DNA of 63,690 nucleotides, the filler included, from Chiloscyllium plagiosum (lineage: Eukaryota): assembly GCF_004010195.1 (NCBI RefSeq). It is 4 parts of 2 records of this genome, joined end to end, with 100 filler letters (N's around TTAATTAATTAA, not from the genome) between each part and the next. Parts side by side here need not be neighbours in the genome. Positions count along the whole stretch, not along the records: positions 19,627 to 44,281 come from NC_057711.1; positions 44,382 to 59,897 come from NC_057711.1; 2 more parts are not named here. One strand, 5' to 3'. The notes beneath the pieces are model-generated. The model saw only the letters and a program-made list of their open reading frames with translations, ran no database searches and was not told where the DNA came from. Shown here piece after piece: positions 38,501 through 52,420 of the stretch (position 1 is the first letter of the stretch; the number at the start of each line of letters is the position of its first letter). The translations under genes and the position numbers were made by a program.

Positions 38501-41500
38501 AAGTTAGTCTACCAGGATATTGATGAGAGAGAGAACAGAAAGACAACTCTATAGTTCACTGCTCAATAATGCAGATAGAGGCTTGTGTTCAGAAAGGAAT
38601 GACCACATTTTGAGGTAATTAAGATAAGGCTGTAAGATTTGACCAGATTTAACTAGAGGGAGAAGTTTCCAGGAAAATCAAACCATAAGAGACAAGGCCC
38701 ATCATGCACTTAAGGAGAAAAAGTAGTGAGATTCGATAAGTAGTAAGATTTGAATCACTGGAAGGAACTTGAGTTAAAAAAATAAAAATGAGGTAATATG
38801 CTAACCTCAGGAGCTAAGAATCATTTTGGACTGGGTGTTGGAGAATTAAAGATTACTTAAAAGATAATGTAACATATACTTGATGGTGTTTTTTCTTCAG
38901 TTGTGTTAAATGTTCTGTACAATTGTTTGTAAAATAAGATTCCAATAAAATTATTTCATCAATATTGCTTTTAGTTATTTTTTACGGTACATTACTTTAA
39001 AAGAGAAATTTTTTCATATCATTAACTTTCAGCTACTAACTATATGGTTGATTTTTTTTTCCTTTTAAAACTTATCCGCTGCTTCAAGGACTGTAACTGA
39101 ATTGTATTGTTACACATTAGCATTTCTGTCCCTCGTAATCTCTGCCAGACAATAGCATTTTGGGAAATGTAGGCAGGATTGCTTTCTAAAACATGTGGCT
39201 TTTTGGCTTCATTTATCTGTGATGGCTCGAAGAAGAAACATGAATCTGTTGTTTTTTTAGGCGTCTGTGATCACAGTTAGGCAGGCCACGATTTATTGAA
39301 ATTTTCTGACTCTTTATTAAGTTTATTAAGAATAGGTCATTCAGAAATGATACATTAGTTAGTTACACAAAGAAAGTATACAACCATGATGACTAGAAAT
39401 TGTTCAATGGAACTGGAGGACAAACAAGCTATTGGCGTGAGATGTTTCGATCTTGGTAAAGTGGTGGGGACAGCATCCTGCTCTCTAGCTGAGGTGTTAG
39501 CGGATGTTCCCCTCAATCTTCCTTCTCTTCTTCTGGTCTACCTGCCTGGTGAAGATTGCTCTCTGGGGAAACACCCTCTGTCTTGGGTCTACCTCATTCT
39601 TCATACTTGCATGGATCCTCCAGGGCAGATTTGACCTCTCCCCAATGTTGTTACTCAAATGTCAATCTGGAATCTTAATTCTCTTGGCCCAAGTGCAGTT
39701 AATCCAGTTTTGAATTGGTCTAGCTCCTGTGAATTTCTCTTGCTGTCTCCTACCCTAAGTCCTCCTTTGTCTGAACCTGGCACTTATTATTATATCATAT
39801 TTCTAAGACAGTTCTTTTCTCTATGTCAATGGCCATCAGACAGCCAATTGTGATGTCAGATATTTGTTGTCCCTTTGCCCACCCTCACCCATGGATTAGC
39901 TTATTATTTATTTTAAGTACTACACACTGGTGCTAGGGTGCATTTGATGTCAGCTGAATTGTTGATGCCAGTCTTCAGCGTCATGACCTCTGTGTTTTTT
40001 TTGTAATTCATCGCTTTATTTTCAAATACTCAGAATTTGGAAAGTTAAGTACAGTTGTAATAGCTGTTAAATGAAATCTCATGCTACACTGCAAATACAA
40101 GGAAAATTCAGTTTTAAGGGATCCAAATATTCAACAAATCCAATGTTTTTTTTTCTTTTCAAACAGGAAAGGCATTACAAATGATGAATTATGGTTTCAG
40201 CAGTAAATGAGCTTTAAGAAGCGATGGGATGAACATATTACAAAGTTGAATGTAGGTGTTTTTTTAGTGATGGAGCAGTTATAGGGTCAGAAAATCAAGC
40301 AGATGCCAAATAAGATGCTGAGTTTATGGTTAGTCCACTTTGGAATGCAGCATTGATCAGGGACAGATGGTGAATAAATTGGAATTGCCAGTGATGTCCA
40401 CGGTATGTAAGTAAGCAGTTTTAATTTGGGTTTGCGCATGAATAATGGCCGCTACAGCAAGTTTTGAAATTGGGTTCCAGAACTGTAAAACAAATTTGAA
40501 CAAGGAGAGAAAAGACAATTAGCAAAACAAAACGGCAATTTGTAATATATGTCTTTCCAATTATGCATTTATTTTTTCACTATTTTCTGTTTCACTAAAT
40601 TGGTCTTACTAAACAAATAGAACATAACTCCTGGACCTAGTACCAGTTGAAGCAATATTTCTGCCAAATAGTTCAATCTGTAAAGTTTGTGCTTTACAGA
40701 AATGTGATCTAATTGCAAGTAGATAAATATTGTTGAGATCTCAAGACAGTTTACTGCTAAGAAGAGCGTTGAAGCATTTTCAACTAAAATGTTTTCTCTT
40801 TGAGTGGTTTTTATGGAGTCAGTAAGTGTTTCAACGCATGTTACCAATAAGTCCAATATTTACAGCTGAGTCTGAATGATTTGCATGAAAGTATTTTAGT
40901 TTGTTTGATACTCATTGATTTTCTCATACAAGAGGAGCAGTTGTTCCTGAGTTAACAATAGAATTTAAACCATAATTATGCCAATGAATGGAGGAGGATT
41001 CCATTTATGTTTTGGCTGTTTAAATCAAATCCTTTCTCCCAATTTTGTTTGCAGCATCCATCTCTGGGAATGGGGAGAAAGTAATTTGTAAACACTTCCA
41101 GAAGGGCTGCAAGTGTCACTCCATGCCCATGATGCTCAGAGGTTTCTTCAAGTGACGCAGGAAATGGCCGCTGCTCAGTGTTTACTCCTTTGCTTGGTTA
41201 AAAAGGAGTAAGGTTGACCAAAATCCAATTTGCTAATATCTTCACAGCATATCCTTTGTGAAAAGGCAGTGGAAATTATTGCAATGACTCAGCAGGCCAG
41301 TAGCATCAGTGAAGAGAAATAAGTAGCATCCTCAATCTGATATCAGAATTCTTCATAATTCTGTATGTTTTTCAAAATGCCGAGGCACCAAAATGATTAT
41401 CGGCCTCGGTTCTGCATGTTGTGGGTTTAAAGTGTCCCCCATGGAGTTTCTGGAGGATTTCTTTTCACATCAACTTTTCCATGGTCATACATCAATAGAT

Positions 41501-43060
41501 CTATTACTGTTGCATTTTGCTACTGCTTATGTTACTACCATGAAATGTGCCACGAGATGTTGATACCTGCTGTCCACATGAAGATTCATCAGAGCAAGCA
41601 GCAAGTTGACTTCACTGAGTACCCACTCTGACTCCCATAAGGAGTTGATTTGACGTCTGTCTTGGTTGATCAGTTTCATAGGATAGAAAGCTGAATATTA
41701 TTGAGGTAGGTTGAGCCTTCAAGGAGGCATTTGACAAGCTTTAATCACTGTTAATCGGAATCGTGTTGCTGCCTCATGAGAAACTCATTATACTTGCTGT
41801 GAAAAGCTTAAAAGATAAAGCAAATGCTCCTGACATTGAGTTGGGGCACTTCAGATTCACAGTGCACACCTTTACAAGATTCCACACTACACCATCAGCA
41901 ATGTCAGAATGATACCAGAAGAAGATAATTACAAGATCTGGAGAGTGTGAGGGCTCCAAATAAGCCCTATACTGTTTTTTTTCTCTACTGTATAATATAA
42001 TGTTCATTGAAGATTGCTGACATTCACTTAGCTGAGTGCAGACCTGACCTTACAACCTGGCAGCAGTAATTCCAATACCCAGCCACCAGTCTGGAATACA
42101 CTGAAAGAGAAAATAACTCGCAGAGGAAAACGTAAAAACCCACCCGAGGGTACCCAACAAGTTGCAGAATCATTCTTATTAATGATAAGTACATGTTGGG
42201 TGCAGAGTCCAGCTACACTTGGGAATGGAATATAAAAGGGCACAGAAATAGTTCTGAAAACAAGGAAACAAGCATGCTTAATGCAGTTAAAGAACCCCCA
42301 TCAGTATGAGCCCTGCTCAGCCAGTGTTAATGAGGGTCATGAGTGACAGGGAAGGCTATTTCAAAGCAGTTTTTAAAAAAACAGGCCACAGAAGTCATCA
42401 ACTATCCAGGAGTATGAGGCTGCAGAGATACAAGATTTTGATATTAAGAAGTAGCAGAGCAACTAGTAGGAAGATGTCTGACACCCAGAGGTAATAGACT
42501 CATGGCAGAATTTTCATTTCTTGATTCACAGACACATGACATAAATTTTGGTGCCCTAGCATATGACTAATGTTGAGGATGTTGAGTTTATTTTGAGTAC
42601 AAGCGCTACTACTTCTATTGTTTCTGACCTGATGTGTAGAATACCAAGAAAATAATGAATAAATAGTTTGATTAGATTACTTTATATTTTGCTGGATGAG
42701 TAACATTATTACACACAACAATCCAACTTTGTTGTATTATGAAGATGGTAGAATATATCAGAATAGTGAGACTTTAATGTTGCTCTCCTTTTACACCTCT
42801 CACAATTGTTTTTTTTCTTTTAGCCACTGGGTTTGAATTTTATTACCCAAACAACATCAAGTTGGTAACATTATTGATAATAAATAATTCTTATTTTGCT
42901 AATCCATTATTCTCCCATAGATTTTTCTTTTCTGTCCTACATTTTCCAGATTTATGATGTAAGAAGGACCTCTGAGAAATACATTAAACTCACAATAAAC
43001 TTCCTTTAATTAGGAGTGCTGCAGTTCGCACTGTTTGGAGATTAGTGTGAAGTTATAGAT

Positions 43061-43452
43061 GTCAGCTGTGTCTCAGCACTCTTAACTTGGAATGCAAAAG
43101 TTGATTCACGACAGAGACTTGAGACTATAATCTAGGTTGAAACTTTAATGAAGCACTGAGGGAGTTCTGCATGATCAGAGATGCTGCATTTTGGATGAAA
43201 CATTAACCTGGTTCGACTTTGAAGGAGAGAATGTGTGGTCTCCATAGTGATCTGGCCAATACTTACATCTCACCCAAATCCCTAAAACAAAGGGTCTGGT
43301 CATTTTGGGGTTTTGTTTTTGCGAAACCTTGTGCAAAATTGACTGCCATATTTTGTACATCTCAACAGTGATAATGGCTCAAAACTATTTCATTGACTAA
43401 ATGTTTTGTGGTATGCTGAGGTTAAACCAGGCACAACATAAATGTAAATCTT
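43061..43452 (+). mobile_element. Deu-domain SINE (SacSINE1/AmnSINE1-like)
   Basis: gcactgagggagttctgca...ttttggatgaaacattaacc, ctggccaatacttacatctcacc and tgtgcaaaattgactgcc resemble the Deu domain and 3' part from memory. Confidence 0.65.
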
Positions 43453-43799
43453 GTGTGTCACTGTGAAGGAAGATAAGCTGAGGCCTGCATGTCAATTAAT
43501 GCAGAAACCATTCTTTCTTTTCCTAGATGTATTTCCAACTCCAAGTATGTACTGCAGACAATAACTCTCTTCGTTTTATCTTCAGTAGGATACTCTCATA
43601 GTGCAGAAAGTAGACATCACAAAAGTGCTCTTAAAGTTGGATAGAAATTGATGAGGTAATAATATGTTGAAGCACTGCAACAGATAGAGAAATAAGGAAC
43701 ATAATTCTACTTAATAGGTTAATATTTCTTCCAAGTAATTAATCAAATGTTTGACTACACTGCAGTGGAAGAGTATTTTGTTGGGTGAACAAGATCATT

Positions 43800-44281
43800 A
43801 GGAGAAAGTGAGGACTGCAGATGCTGGAGATCAGAGCTGAAAATGTGTTTCTGGAAAAGCGCAGCAGGTCAGGCAGCATTCAAAGAGCAGGAGAATCGAC
43901 GTTTCGGGCATGAGCCCTTCTTCAGGAATGAGGAAAGTGTGCCAAGCGGGCTAAGATAAAATGTAGGGAGGAGGGACTTGGGGGAAGGGCATTGGAAATG
44001 TGATAGGTGGAAGGAGGTTAAGGTGAGGGTGATAGGCCGGAGTGGGGGTGGGCACGGAGAGGTCAGGAAGAAGATTGCAGGTTAGGAAGGTGGTGCTAAC
44101 TTCGAGGGTTGGGACTGAGACAAGGTGGGGAGAGGGGAAATGAGGAAACTGGAGAAGTCTGAGTTCATCCCTTGTGGTTGGAGGGTTCCTAGGTGGAAGA
44201 TGAGGCGCTCTTCCTCCAGCCGTCATGTTGCTATGGTCTGGCGATGGAGGAGTCCAAGGACCTGCATGTCCTTGGTGAAGT
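43800..44281 (-). mobile_element. Penelope-like family 1 3' end, cut by linker
   Basis: Tail, intact hammerhead core at 43898-43925, and C-terminal peptide RLEEERLIFHLGTLQPQGMN on the minus strand. Confidence 0.92.
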
Positions 44282-44381
44282 NNNNNNNNNNNNNNNNNNN
44301 NNNNNNNNNNNNNNNNNNNNNNNNNTTAATTAATTAANNNNNNNNNNNNNNNNNNNNNNNNNNNNNNNNNNNNNNNNNNNN
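44282..44381. other. Artificial contig linker
   Basis: 44 N + TTAATTAATTAA + 44 N. Confidence 0.97.
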
Positions 44382-44536
44382 CCCAAGAGCACTAGCAAAC
44401 CTCCCCCCAAGGATACTGGTGCCCCTCAGGTTCAGGTGTAGACCATCCTGTTTATAGAGGTCCCACGGTCCCCAGAAAGAACCCCAGTTATCCAAAAACC
44501 GGAATCCCTCCCTCCTGCACCATCCCTGTAGCCACA
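44382..44536 (-). mobile_element. CR1 ORF1 esterase C-terminal fragment
   Basis: WLQGWCRREGFRFLDNW...DGLHLN. Confidence 0.9.
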
Positions 44537-44795
44537 AAGTTAATAATTTGTAGTTTCAACTGTCAAGAATTTGGTAGCAGAATGTATGTGAAAGAGATTT
44601 AAACATTCTTGTGATCCTAAAACAATTAATTCTCCAGAAAGAACCCCAGTTATCCAAAAACCGGAATCCCTCCCTCCTGCACCATCCCTGTAGCCACAAA
44701 GTTAATAATTTGTAGTTTCAACTGTCAAGAATTTGGTAGCAGAATGTATGTGAAAGAGATTTAAACATTCTTGTGATCCTAAAACAATTAATTCT
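44472..44795. repeat. Perfect 162-bp tandem duplication
   Basis: 44472-44633 is identical to 44634-44795. Confidence 0.92.
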
Positions 44796-46682
44796 TTAGC
44801 TCTCTCTTCCATTGTAAAAGTGACAGACAATACAATCCTACAATGGCTCCAGAACCTACATATGAGGAATCTGAGAATGGTATGTCGCCTCCCGGGTGCC
44901 AGGGTCAGGGATGTCTCGGATCAAGTCTACACGATTCTTAAGGGGGAGGGTGAGCAACCAGAACTCGTGGCACACATCGGTACCAATGACATAGGTAGGG
45001 AAAGGGATGAGGACCTGTAAAGTGAATATAGGGAGTTAGGTTGGAAACCAAAAGGCAGGATGAGCAGAGTTGTACTCTCAGGAATGCTATCAGCACCATG
45101 GGCTAGTGAGGCTAGGAACAGAGAGAGAGTGCACCTGAACACGTGGCTGCAGGGCTGGTGTAGGAGGAAGGGCTTCACATATGTGGATCATTGGGATACC
45201 TTCTCGGGAAGGTGGGACCTGTATAAGCAGGACAAGTTGCACCTGAACTCGAGGGGTACCAATATCCTTCGTAGGAGGTTTGCTAGAGTTCTTCAGGAGG
45301 GTTTAAATTAGTTTGGGAGGGGGATAGGAACTGGAGCTACAGATCAGAGGATGGGGTAGCTGGTGAACAGGTGTGCAAAGAGTGTATGAGGAAAGATAGA
45401 TAATTGATAGGGCAAAGTATGATGGATTGAAGTGAGTCTATTTTAATGCAGGAAGTGTCAGACATAAGGGTGATGAACTTAGACCATGGATCAATGCTTG
45501 GAGCTATGATGTTGTGGCCATTACGGAGACTTGAATATCATAGGGGCAGGAATGGTTGTTGGATGTTCCAGGGTTTAGATGTTTCAAAAGGAATAGGGAG
45601 GGAGGTAAAAGAAGTGGAGCAATGGCATTGCTAATCAGGGATAATATGTAGAAAGGTCGTTGAGGAGGGTTTGTCTATTGAGTCATTATGTGTAGAAGTC
45701 AAAAACAGAGAAGAAGCAGTCACTTTATAGGGAGTTTTCTATAGACTCCCCAATAGCAACAGAAACACAGCGGGACAGATTAGGAGACAGATTTTAGAAT
45801 GGTGCAGGAATAACAGGGTTGTTTTCATGGGTGACTTCAACTTTCCTAATTTGATTGGAAACTCCTTAGTGCAAATAGTTTGGATGGAACAGGTTTTGAC
45901 AGCTGTGTCCAGGAACGATTCCTGACTTAATATGTAGATAGACCAACTCGAGGGTGGCCATGTTGGATTTGGTGCTTGGCAACGAACCAGGTCAGATTTC
46001 AGATCTCCCGGTGGGAGAGCATTTCGGTGATAGTCATCACAACTCCTTGACCTTTACTATAGTTATGGAGAGAGACAGAAGCGTAAGGGAAGTATTTGAT
46101 TGGGGGTGGGGGAATTACAATGTTATTAAGTAGGAACTGTGGAGCATAAATTGGGAGCAGATGTTTTCAGGGAAATGCACAACAGAAATGTGGAAGTTGT
46201 TTAGGGAACACTTTCTGCGAGTGCTGGATAGGTTTGTCCCACTGAGGTAAAGAAGGGATGGTAGGGTGAAGGAACCTTGGATGACAAGAGGTGTGGAACA
46301 TCTAGTCAAGAAGAAGAAGGAAGCTTACTTAAGGTTGAGGAACCAAGTATCAGATAAGGGCTCTAGAGGGCTATAAGGTAGCCAGAAGGAACTGAAGAAT
46401 GGACTTAGGAGAGCTAGAAGGGGGCATGAAAAAGCTTTGGTTGATAGGATTAAGGAAGACCCCCAAGGCATTCTACACTTATGTGAGGAGTAAGAAGATG
46501 GGCAGAGTGAGGGTAGAGCCAATTAGGTATAGTTGAAGGAACTTTTGCCTGGAGTCAGGGAAGTAGCGGAGGTCTTTAATGGACAGTGTGAAACAGGCTA
46601 ATATGCTTAAACAGGTTGATGTCAAGAAGGAGGATGTGCTGGAAATTTTGAAAGATGTAAAGATAGATCAGCCACCTGAGCC

Positions 46683-46744
46683 TGTTTTTCCAGCAACACA
46701 TTTTCAGCTCTGATCTCCAGCATCTGCAGTCCTCACTTTCTCCT
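46683..46744 (+). mobile_element. PLE family 1 extreme 3' fragment
   Basis: ttttccagcaacacattttcagctctgatctccagcatctgcagtcctcactttctcct. Confidence 0.85.
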
Positions 46745-47432
46745 CCAGTTAGGATATACTCAAGGTTACTATGGGAAGTGAGGGAAGACATTGCTGCATC
46801 TTTGGAAATGATTTTTGCATCCTTACTGTCCACTGGAATAGTACGATGATTGGATAGTGGCAAAAAGGGAATAGGGATAACCCTGGGAATTACAGACCAG
46901 TCAGTCTTAGTCTGTGGTGTGCAAATTTTTGGAGAGGATTCTGAGAGTCAGAATTTATGATTATTTGGAAAAGCATAACTTGATTCGATTAGTCAGCATT
47001 ACTTTGTGAGAGGCAGGTCATGCCTCACAAGTCTTATTGAATTCTTTGTGGATGTGACAATACACATTGATGAAGGTAGTGTAGTGAATGAGGTGTACAT
47101 GGATTTTAGCAAGGTATTTGATAGGATGCCCCATTGTAGGCTGATATAGAAAATAAGGAGGCATGGGATACGGGGAAATTTGGCTGTCTAGATACAGAAT
47201 TGACTGGCCCGTATAACACAGAGGATGGTAGTAGATCAAAAATATTCAGCTTGGTGTTCATTGACCAGTGGTGTTCCACAGGGATCTGTTATGGAACCTC
47301 TGCTCTTTGTGATTTTTATAAATGACTTGGATGAGGAAGTGGAAGGGTGGGTTAGTAAGTTTGCCGATGACACTAAGGTTGGTGGAAATGTGGATAGTGT
47401 GGTAGGCTGTTGTAAGTTGCAATGGGACTTTA

Positions 47433-48243
47433 GGAGAAAGTGAGGACTGCAGATGCTGGAGATCAGAGCTGAAAATGTGTTGCTGGAAAAGTGCAGCAGG
47501 TCAGGCAGCATCCAAGGAGCAGGAGAATCGACATTTTGGGCATGAGCCCTTCTTCAGGAATGAGGAAAGTGTGCCAAGCAGGCTAAGATAAAAGGTAGGG
47601 AGGAGGGATTTGGGGGAGAGGCGTTGGAAATGCGATAATTGGAAGGAGGTTAAGGTAAGGTGATAAGGTGAGGGTGATAGGCCGGAGTGGGGGTGGGGGC
47701 GGAGAGGTCAGGAAGAAGATTGCAGGTTAGGAAGGTGGTGNNNNNNNNNNNNNNNNNNNNNNNNNNNNNNNNNNNNNNNNNNNNNNNNNNNNNNNNNNNN
47801 NNNNNNNNNNNNNNNNNNNNNNNNNNNNNNNNNNNNNNNNNNNNNNNNNNNNNNNNNNNNGGCTGGAGGAAGAGCGCCTCATCTTCTGCCTAGGAACCCT
47901 CCAACCACAAGGGATGAACTCAGATTTCTCCAGTTTCCTCATTTCCCCTCCCTCCCAACCCTCAAACTCAGCACCACCTTCCTAACCTGCAATCTTCTTC
48001 CTGACCTCTCTGCCCCCACCTCACTCCGGCCTATCACCCTCACCTTATCACCCTCACCTTAACTTCCTTCCACCTATCGCATTTCCAAAGCCCCTCCCCA
48101 AGTCCCTCCTCCCTACCTTTTATCTTAGCCTGCTTGGCACACTTTCCTCATTCCTGAAGAAGGGCTCATGCCCGAAACGTCGATTCTCCTGCTCCTTGGA
48201 TGCTGCGTGACCTGCTGCGCTTTTCCAGCAACACATTTTCAGC
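47433..48243 (-). mobile_element. Penelope-like family 1 fold-back element with long arms and an N gap
   Basis: 15-bp TSD tgcaatgggacttta (47418-47432 / 48244-48258). Intact hammerhead core at 48154-48181 (+). LEEERLIFCLGTLQPQGMN. Confidence 0.92.
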
Positions 48244-48319
48244 TGCAATGGGACTTTAACAGGATGTAGAGCTGGGCTGATAAGTAGCAGATGGAGTTCA
48301 ATCTGGAAAAATGTGAAGT

Positions 48320-49458
48320 ACATAGAACATAGAACAGTACAGCACAGAACAGGCCCTTCAGCCCACGATGTTGTGCAGACCATTGATCCTCATGTATGCA
48401 CCCTCAAATTTCTGTGACCATATGCAAGTCCAGCAGTCTCTTAAATGTCCCCAATGACCTTGCTTCCACAACTGCTGCTGGCAATGCATTCCATCCTCTC
48501 ACAACTCTCTGTGTAAAGAACCTGCCTCTAACATCCCCTCTATACTTTCCTCCAACCAGCTTATGACTGGTTGGACCCCTCTTGTTAGCCATGAGCTGTC
48601 AACTATGACCCCTCATGTTCGCCATTTCTTGCCTGGGAAATAGTCTCTGCCTATCAACTCTATCTATGCCCCTCATTATCTTGTATACCTCAATGAGGTC
48701 CCCTCTCCTCCTCCTTTTCTCCAATGAAAAAATTCTGAGCTCAGTCAACCTCTCTTCATAAGATAAGCCCTCCAGTCCAGGCAGCATCCTGGTAAACCTC
48801 CTCTGAACCCTCTCCAAAGCATCCACATCTTTCCTATAATAGGGCGACCAGAACTGGACGCAGTATTCCAAGTGCGGTCTAACCAAAGTTTTATAGAGCT
48901 GCAACAAGATCTCACAACTATTAAACTCAACCCCCCGTTAATGAAAGCCAACACACCGTATGCTTTCTTAACAACCCTGTCCACTTGGGTGGCCATTTTA
49001 AGAGATCTATGTACCTGCACACCAAGATCCCTCTGTTCCTCCACACTGCCAAGAATCCTATCCTTAATCCTGTACTCAGCTTTCAAATTCAACCTTCTAA
49101 AATGCATCACCTCGCACTTATCCAGGTTGCCACCTCTCAGCCCATCTCTGCATCCTGTCAATGTCCCGCTGCAGCCTACAACAGCCCTCTATACTGTCAA
49201 CGACACCTCCAACCTTTGTGTCATCTGCAAACTTGCTGACCCATCCTTCAATCCCCTCATCCAAGTCATTAATAAAAATTACAAACAGTAGAGGCCCAAG
49301 GACAGAGCCCTGTGGAACACCACTCACCACTGACTTCCAGGCAGAATATTTTCCTTCTACTACCACTCGCTGTCTTCTGTTGACCAGACAATTCTGTATC
49401 CAGACAGCTAAGTTCCCCGTATCCCATTCCACCTGACCTCTGAATGAGCCTACCATGG
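48320..49458 (-). mobile_element. 5'-truncated CR1 inserted antisense into CR1
   Basis: ORFs 49118-49456 ([14 protein letters not shown]) and 48599-48907; (catagaa)n tail. Confidence 0.94.
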
Positions 49459-50739
49459 TGATTCATTTTGGAAGGTAAAACTTGAATGCAGATTATAGGG
49501 TTAAAGGCAGGACTCTAGGCAGTGTGGAGAAACAGAGGAATCTTGTGGTCCATATCCATAGGTCCCTCAAAGTTGCCACCCAAGTTGATAGGGTTGTTAA
49601 GAAGGCATATGGTGTGTTGGCTTTCATTAGCAGGGGGATTGAGTTTAAGAGCCATGAGGTTTTGCTGCAGCTCTATGAAGTCCTGGTGAGGCCACACTTG
49701 GAATATTGTGTTCAGTTCTCGTCACCTCATTATAGGAAGGATGTAGAAGCTTTAGAATGAGTGCAGAGGATATTTACCAGGACTGGAGGGCATATCTTAT
49801 GTAGTAAGGTTGAGGGAGCTGGGGCTTTTCTCATTGGAGAGAAGAAGGATGAGAGGTGACTTGATTGAGGTGTACAAGATGATGAGAGACATAGATAGAG
49901 TGGATAGTGAGAGACATTTTCCCAGGGTGGAAATGTCTATCATGAAGGGGCATCATTTTAAAGTGATTGGAGGAAGTTTTAGGAGAGATGTCAGAGGTAG
50001 GTTCTTTACACAGAGTGGTGGGCACGTGGAATGCTCTGCCAGCATTGGTAGTAGAGTCAGAGACATTAGGGACTTTTAAGTGACTCTTGGATAGGCAAAT
50101 GGATGATAGCAAAATGTAGGGTACGTAGGTTAGTTTGATCTTAGAGTAGGATAAAAGGTTGGCACAACAACGAGAGCCAAAGCACCTATACTGTGCTGTT
50201 TTGTTCTATGTTCCATGTTCCACGTTAACTGAACTTTTAAATAGAAGAGTGTTGTAGTGCCACCATAAAAAATTTTCAAACATTTTTTAAAAAAATCAAT
50301 AGATGGAAATTTATGGATTGCAGTCTTGAGTCTGCTATATCCCATTCAATAATGTCTCTGTAAATATTGCTTGATCAGAAAATCAGCACTGTAGTATGAA
50401 ACAGGTAACCAACTATATTTGAGTTACAGTACTTATCTAATTGCAATACATTAGAACTCTAAGTATCAGCAACATTTCCTGTCTCCCTCCAAAGATAATC
50501 AAGTAGAATTCCAGGATATTCATCCAGTGTTAGAACCCAGCTTATTTAATTATGACTATTTACTTTGCAAAGGTGATTTCTGTCCAGTTCCAGCAGCTCA
50601 AACTGTTATCCTGTTTCATTGAAAATGTAATCATCTATCTCTGTACCTATCCAGTAACATCTAATTGTGTTTTGAAGCCAAATAACATTTTCATGAGGCA
50701 GATTTTTAACAGATCTAATAACTCAAGACCTGACATGCA

Positions 50740-52420
50740 TTAAGCACTGTGGGCCATCAACAGAAATTGTACTCCACGCAATCTGTAATCTCATGGCCTG
50801 GCATATTCCCCCACTCAACCATTACCATCAAGCCAGGAGGTCAGCCCAGGTTCAATGGACATTGCAGAAGGCCATGGAGCAGCATTGGACAAGCCTAAAA
50901 ATAAAGTGTCAACCTGGAAAGCTATCAAATAAGATAATTTGCATGCCAAACAGCATAAGCAGCAAGTGACAGAGAGATCTAAGTGATCTTACACTCAATG
51001 GATCAGATCTAAGTCCTGCAGTCATAGAGTCATAGAGATGTACAGCATGGAAATAGACCCTTCAGTCCAACCCGTCCATGCCGACCAGATATCCCAACCC
51101 AATCTAGTCCCACCTGCCAGCACCCAGCCCATATCCTTCCAAACCCTTCCTATTCATATACTCATCCAAATGCCTTTTAAATGTTGCAATTGTACCAGCC
51201 TCCAACTCTTCCTCTGGCAGCTCATTCCACTCTCTGCGTGAAAAAGTTGCCCCTTAGGTCCCTTTTATATCTTTCCCCTCTCACCATAAACCTATGCCCT
51301 CTAGTTCTGGACTCCCTGACCCCAGGGAAAAGACTTGGTCTATTTATCCTATCCATGCCCCTTAACGAGGAGAATGCGGGTAAGTGGAGTTGAAATGCCC
51401 ATCAGCCATGATTGAATGGCGGAGTGGACTCGATGGGCCGAATGGCCTTACTTCCACTCCTATGTCTTATGATCTTATGGTCTTATTATTTTGTAAACCT
51501 CTATAAGGTCACCTCTCAGCCTCTGATGCTCCAGGGAAAACAGCCCCAGCCCGTTCAGCCTCTCCCTGTAGCTCAAATCCTCCAATCCTGGCAACATCCT
51601 TATAAATCTTTTCTGAACCCTTTCAAGTTTCACAACATCTTTCCGATAGGAAGGAGACCAGGATTGCATGCAATATTCCAACAGTGGCCCTGCCACATCC
51701 AGTCATGAACAGTGGTAGACAATTAAATAACTCACTGAAAGAGGAATCTCCAAAAATACCCCCATCCTCAATGATGAGGAAGCTCAACACACCTGTGCGA
51801 AAGATAAGGCGGTAAGCATTTGCGGCCAAATTCAGCAAAAAGTACTGACTGGATGATCCATTGCACCCTCCAATAAGAGAGAATCCAACAACCATCCCTT
51901 GATATTCAGTGGTGTTACCATCAAGTTTTTAACATTGACCAGCAGGTCAATTGGATCATCACATAAACACAGTGGTTACAAGGGCACATCAGGGCCTTGG
52001 AATACTGTGGTGAGTAACTCACCTCCGAACTCCTCCAAGACTGTCCACTACATACAAGTTAGCAGTCTGATTGAATACTCCCCAATTGCCTAAATGGGTG
52101 CAGCTCCAACAAACTCAAAAATCTTGACACCATCCATGACAAAGCAGCCTCACTTGATTCGCACCACTTCCACAAATATCCACCACCACCGATGCTTAGT
52201 ATCAATAGGGTGCACTATCTACAAAACGTACTGCAGAAATGTATCGAAGATCCTCAGATGTCACCTTCTGTACCCATGGCCACTTCCATCTAGAAGGACA
52301 AGGACAGCAGATACATGGGAACAACACAACCTGCAAATTCTCTTTCAAGCCGCTCACTATCCTAACTTGGAAATATATTACTGTTCCTTCAGTGTCATTG
52401 AGTCAAAATCCTGGAATTTT
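50740..52420 (+). mobile_element. Old CR1/L2-clade LINE, split by CR1
   Basis: Flanks ctgcagtc|cctgccacatccagtc rejoin across the insert. 3' part is homologous to 37590-38500. Confidence 0.65.
51021..51689 (-). mobile_element. 5'-truncated CR1
   Basis: ORF 51475-51696 (PLLEYC...LRGDLIEVYKI); (tcatagag)n tail. Carries a + strand CR1-tail insert at 51364-51486. Confidence 0.92.

Larger units (their letters stand above)
44860..50222 (+). mobile_element. Long decayed CR1 (ORF1 esterase, AP endonuclease, RT, 3' tail) with three nested insertions
   Basis: PGARVRD, HIGTND and LHLN (ORF1); MGDFNFP and DLVL (endonuclease); GVPQGS and FADD (RT); (tgttcya)n tail. Inserts at 46683, 47433 and 48320. Confidence 0.92.
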
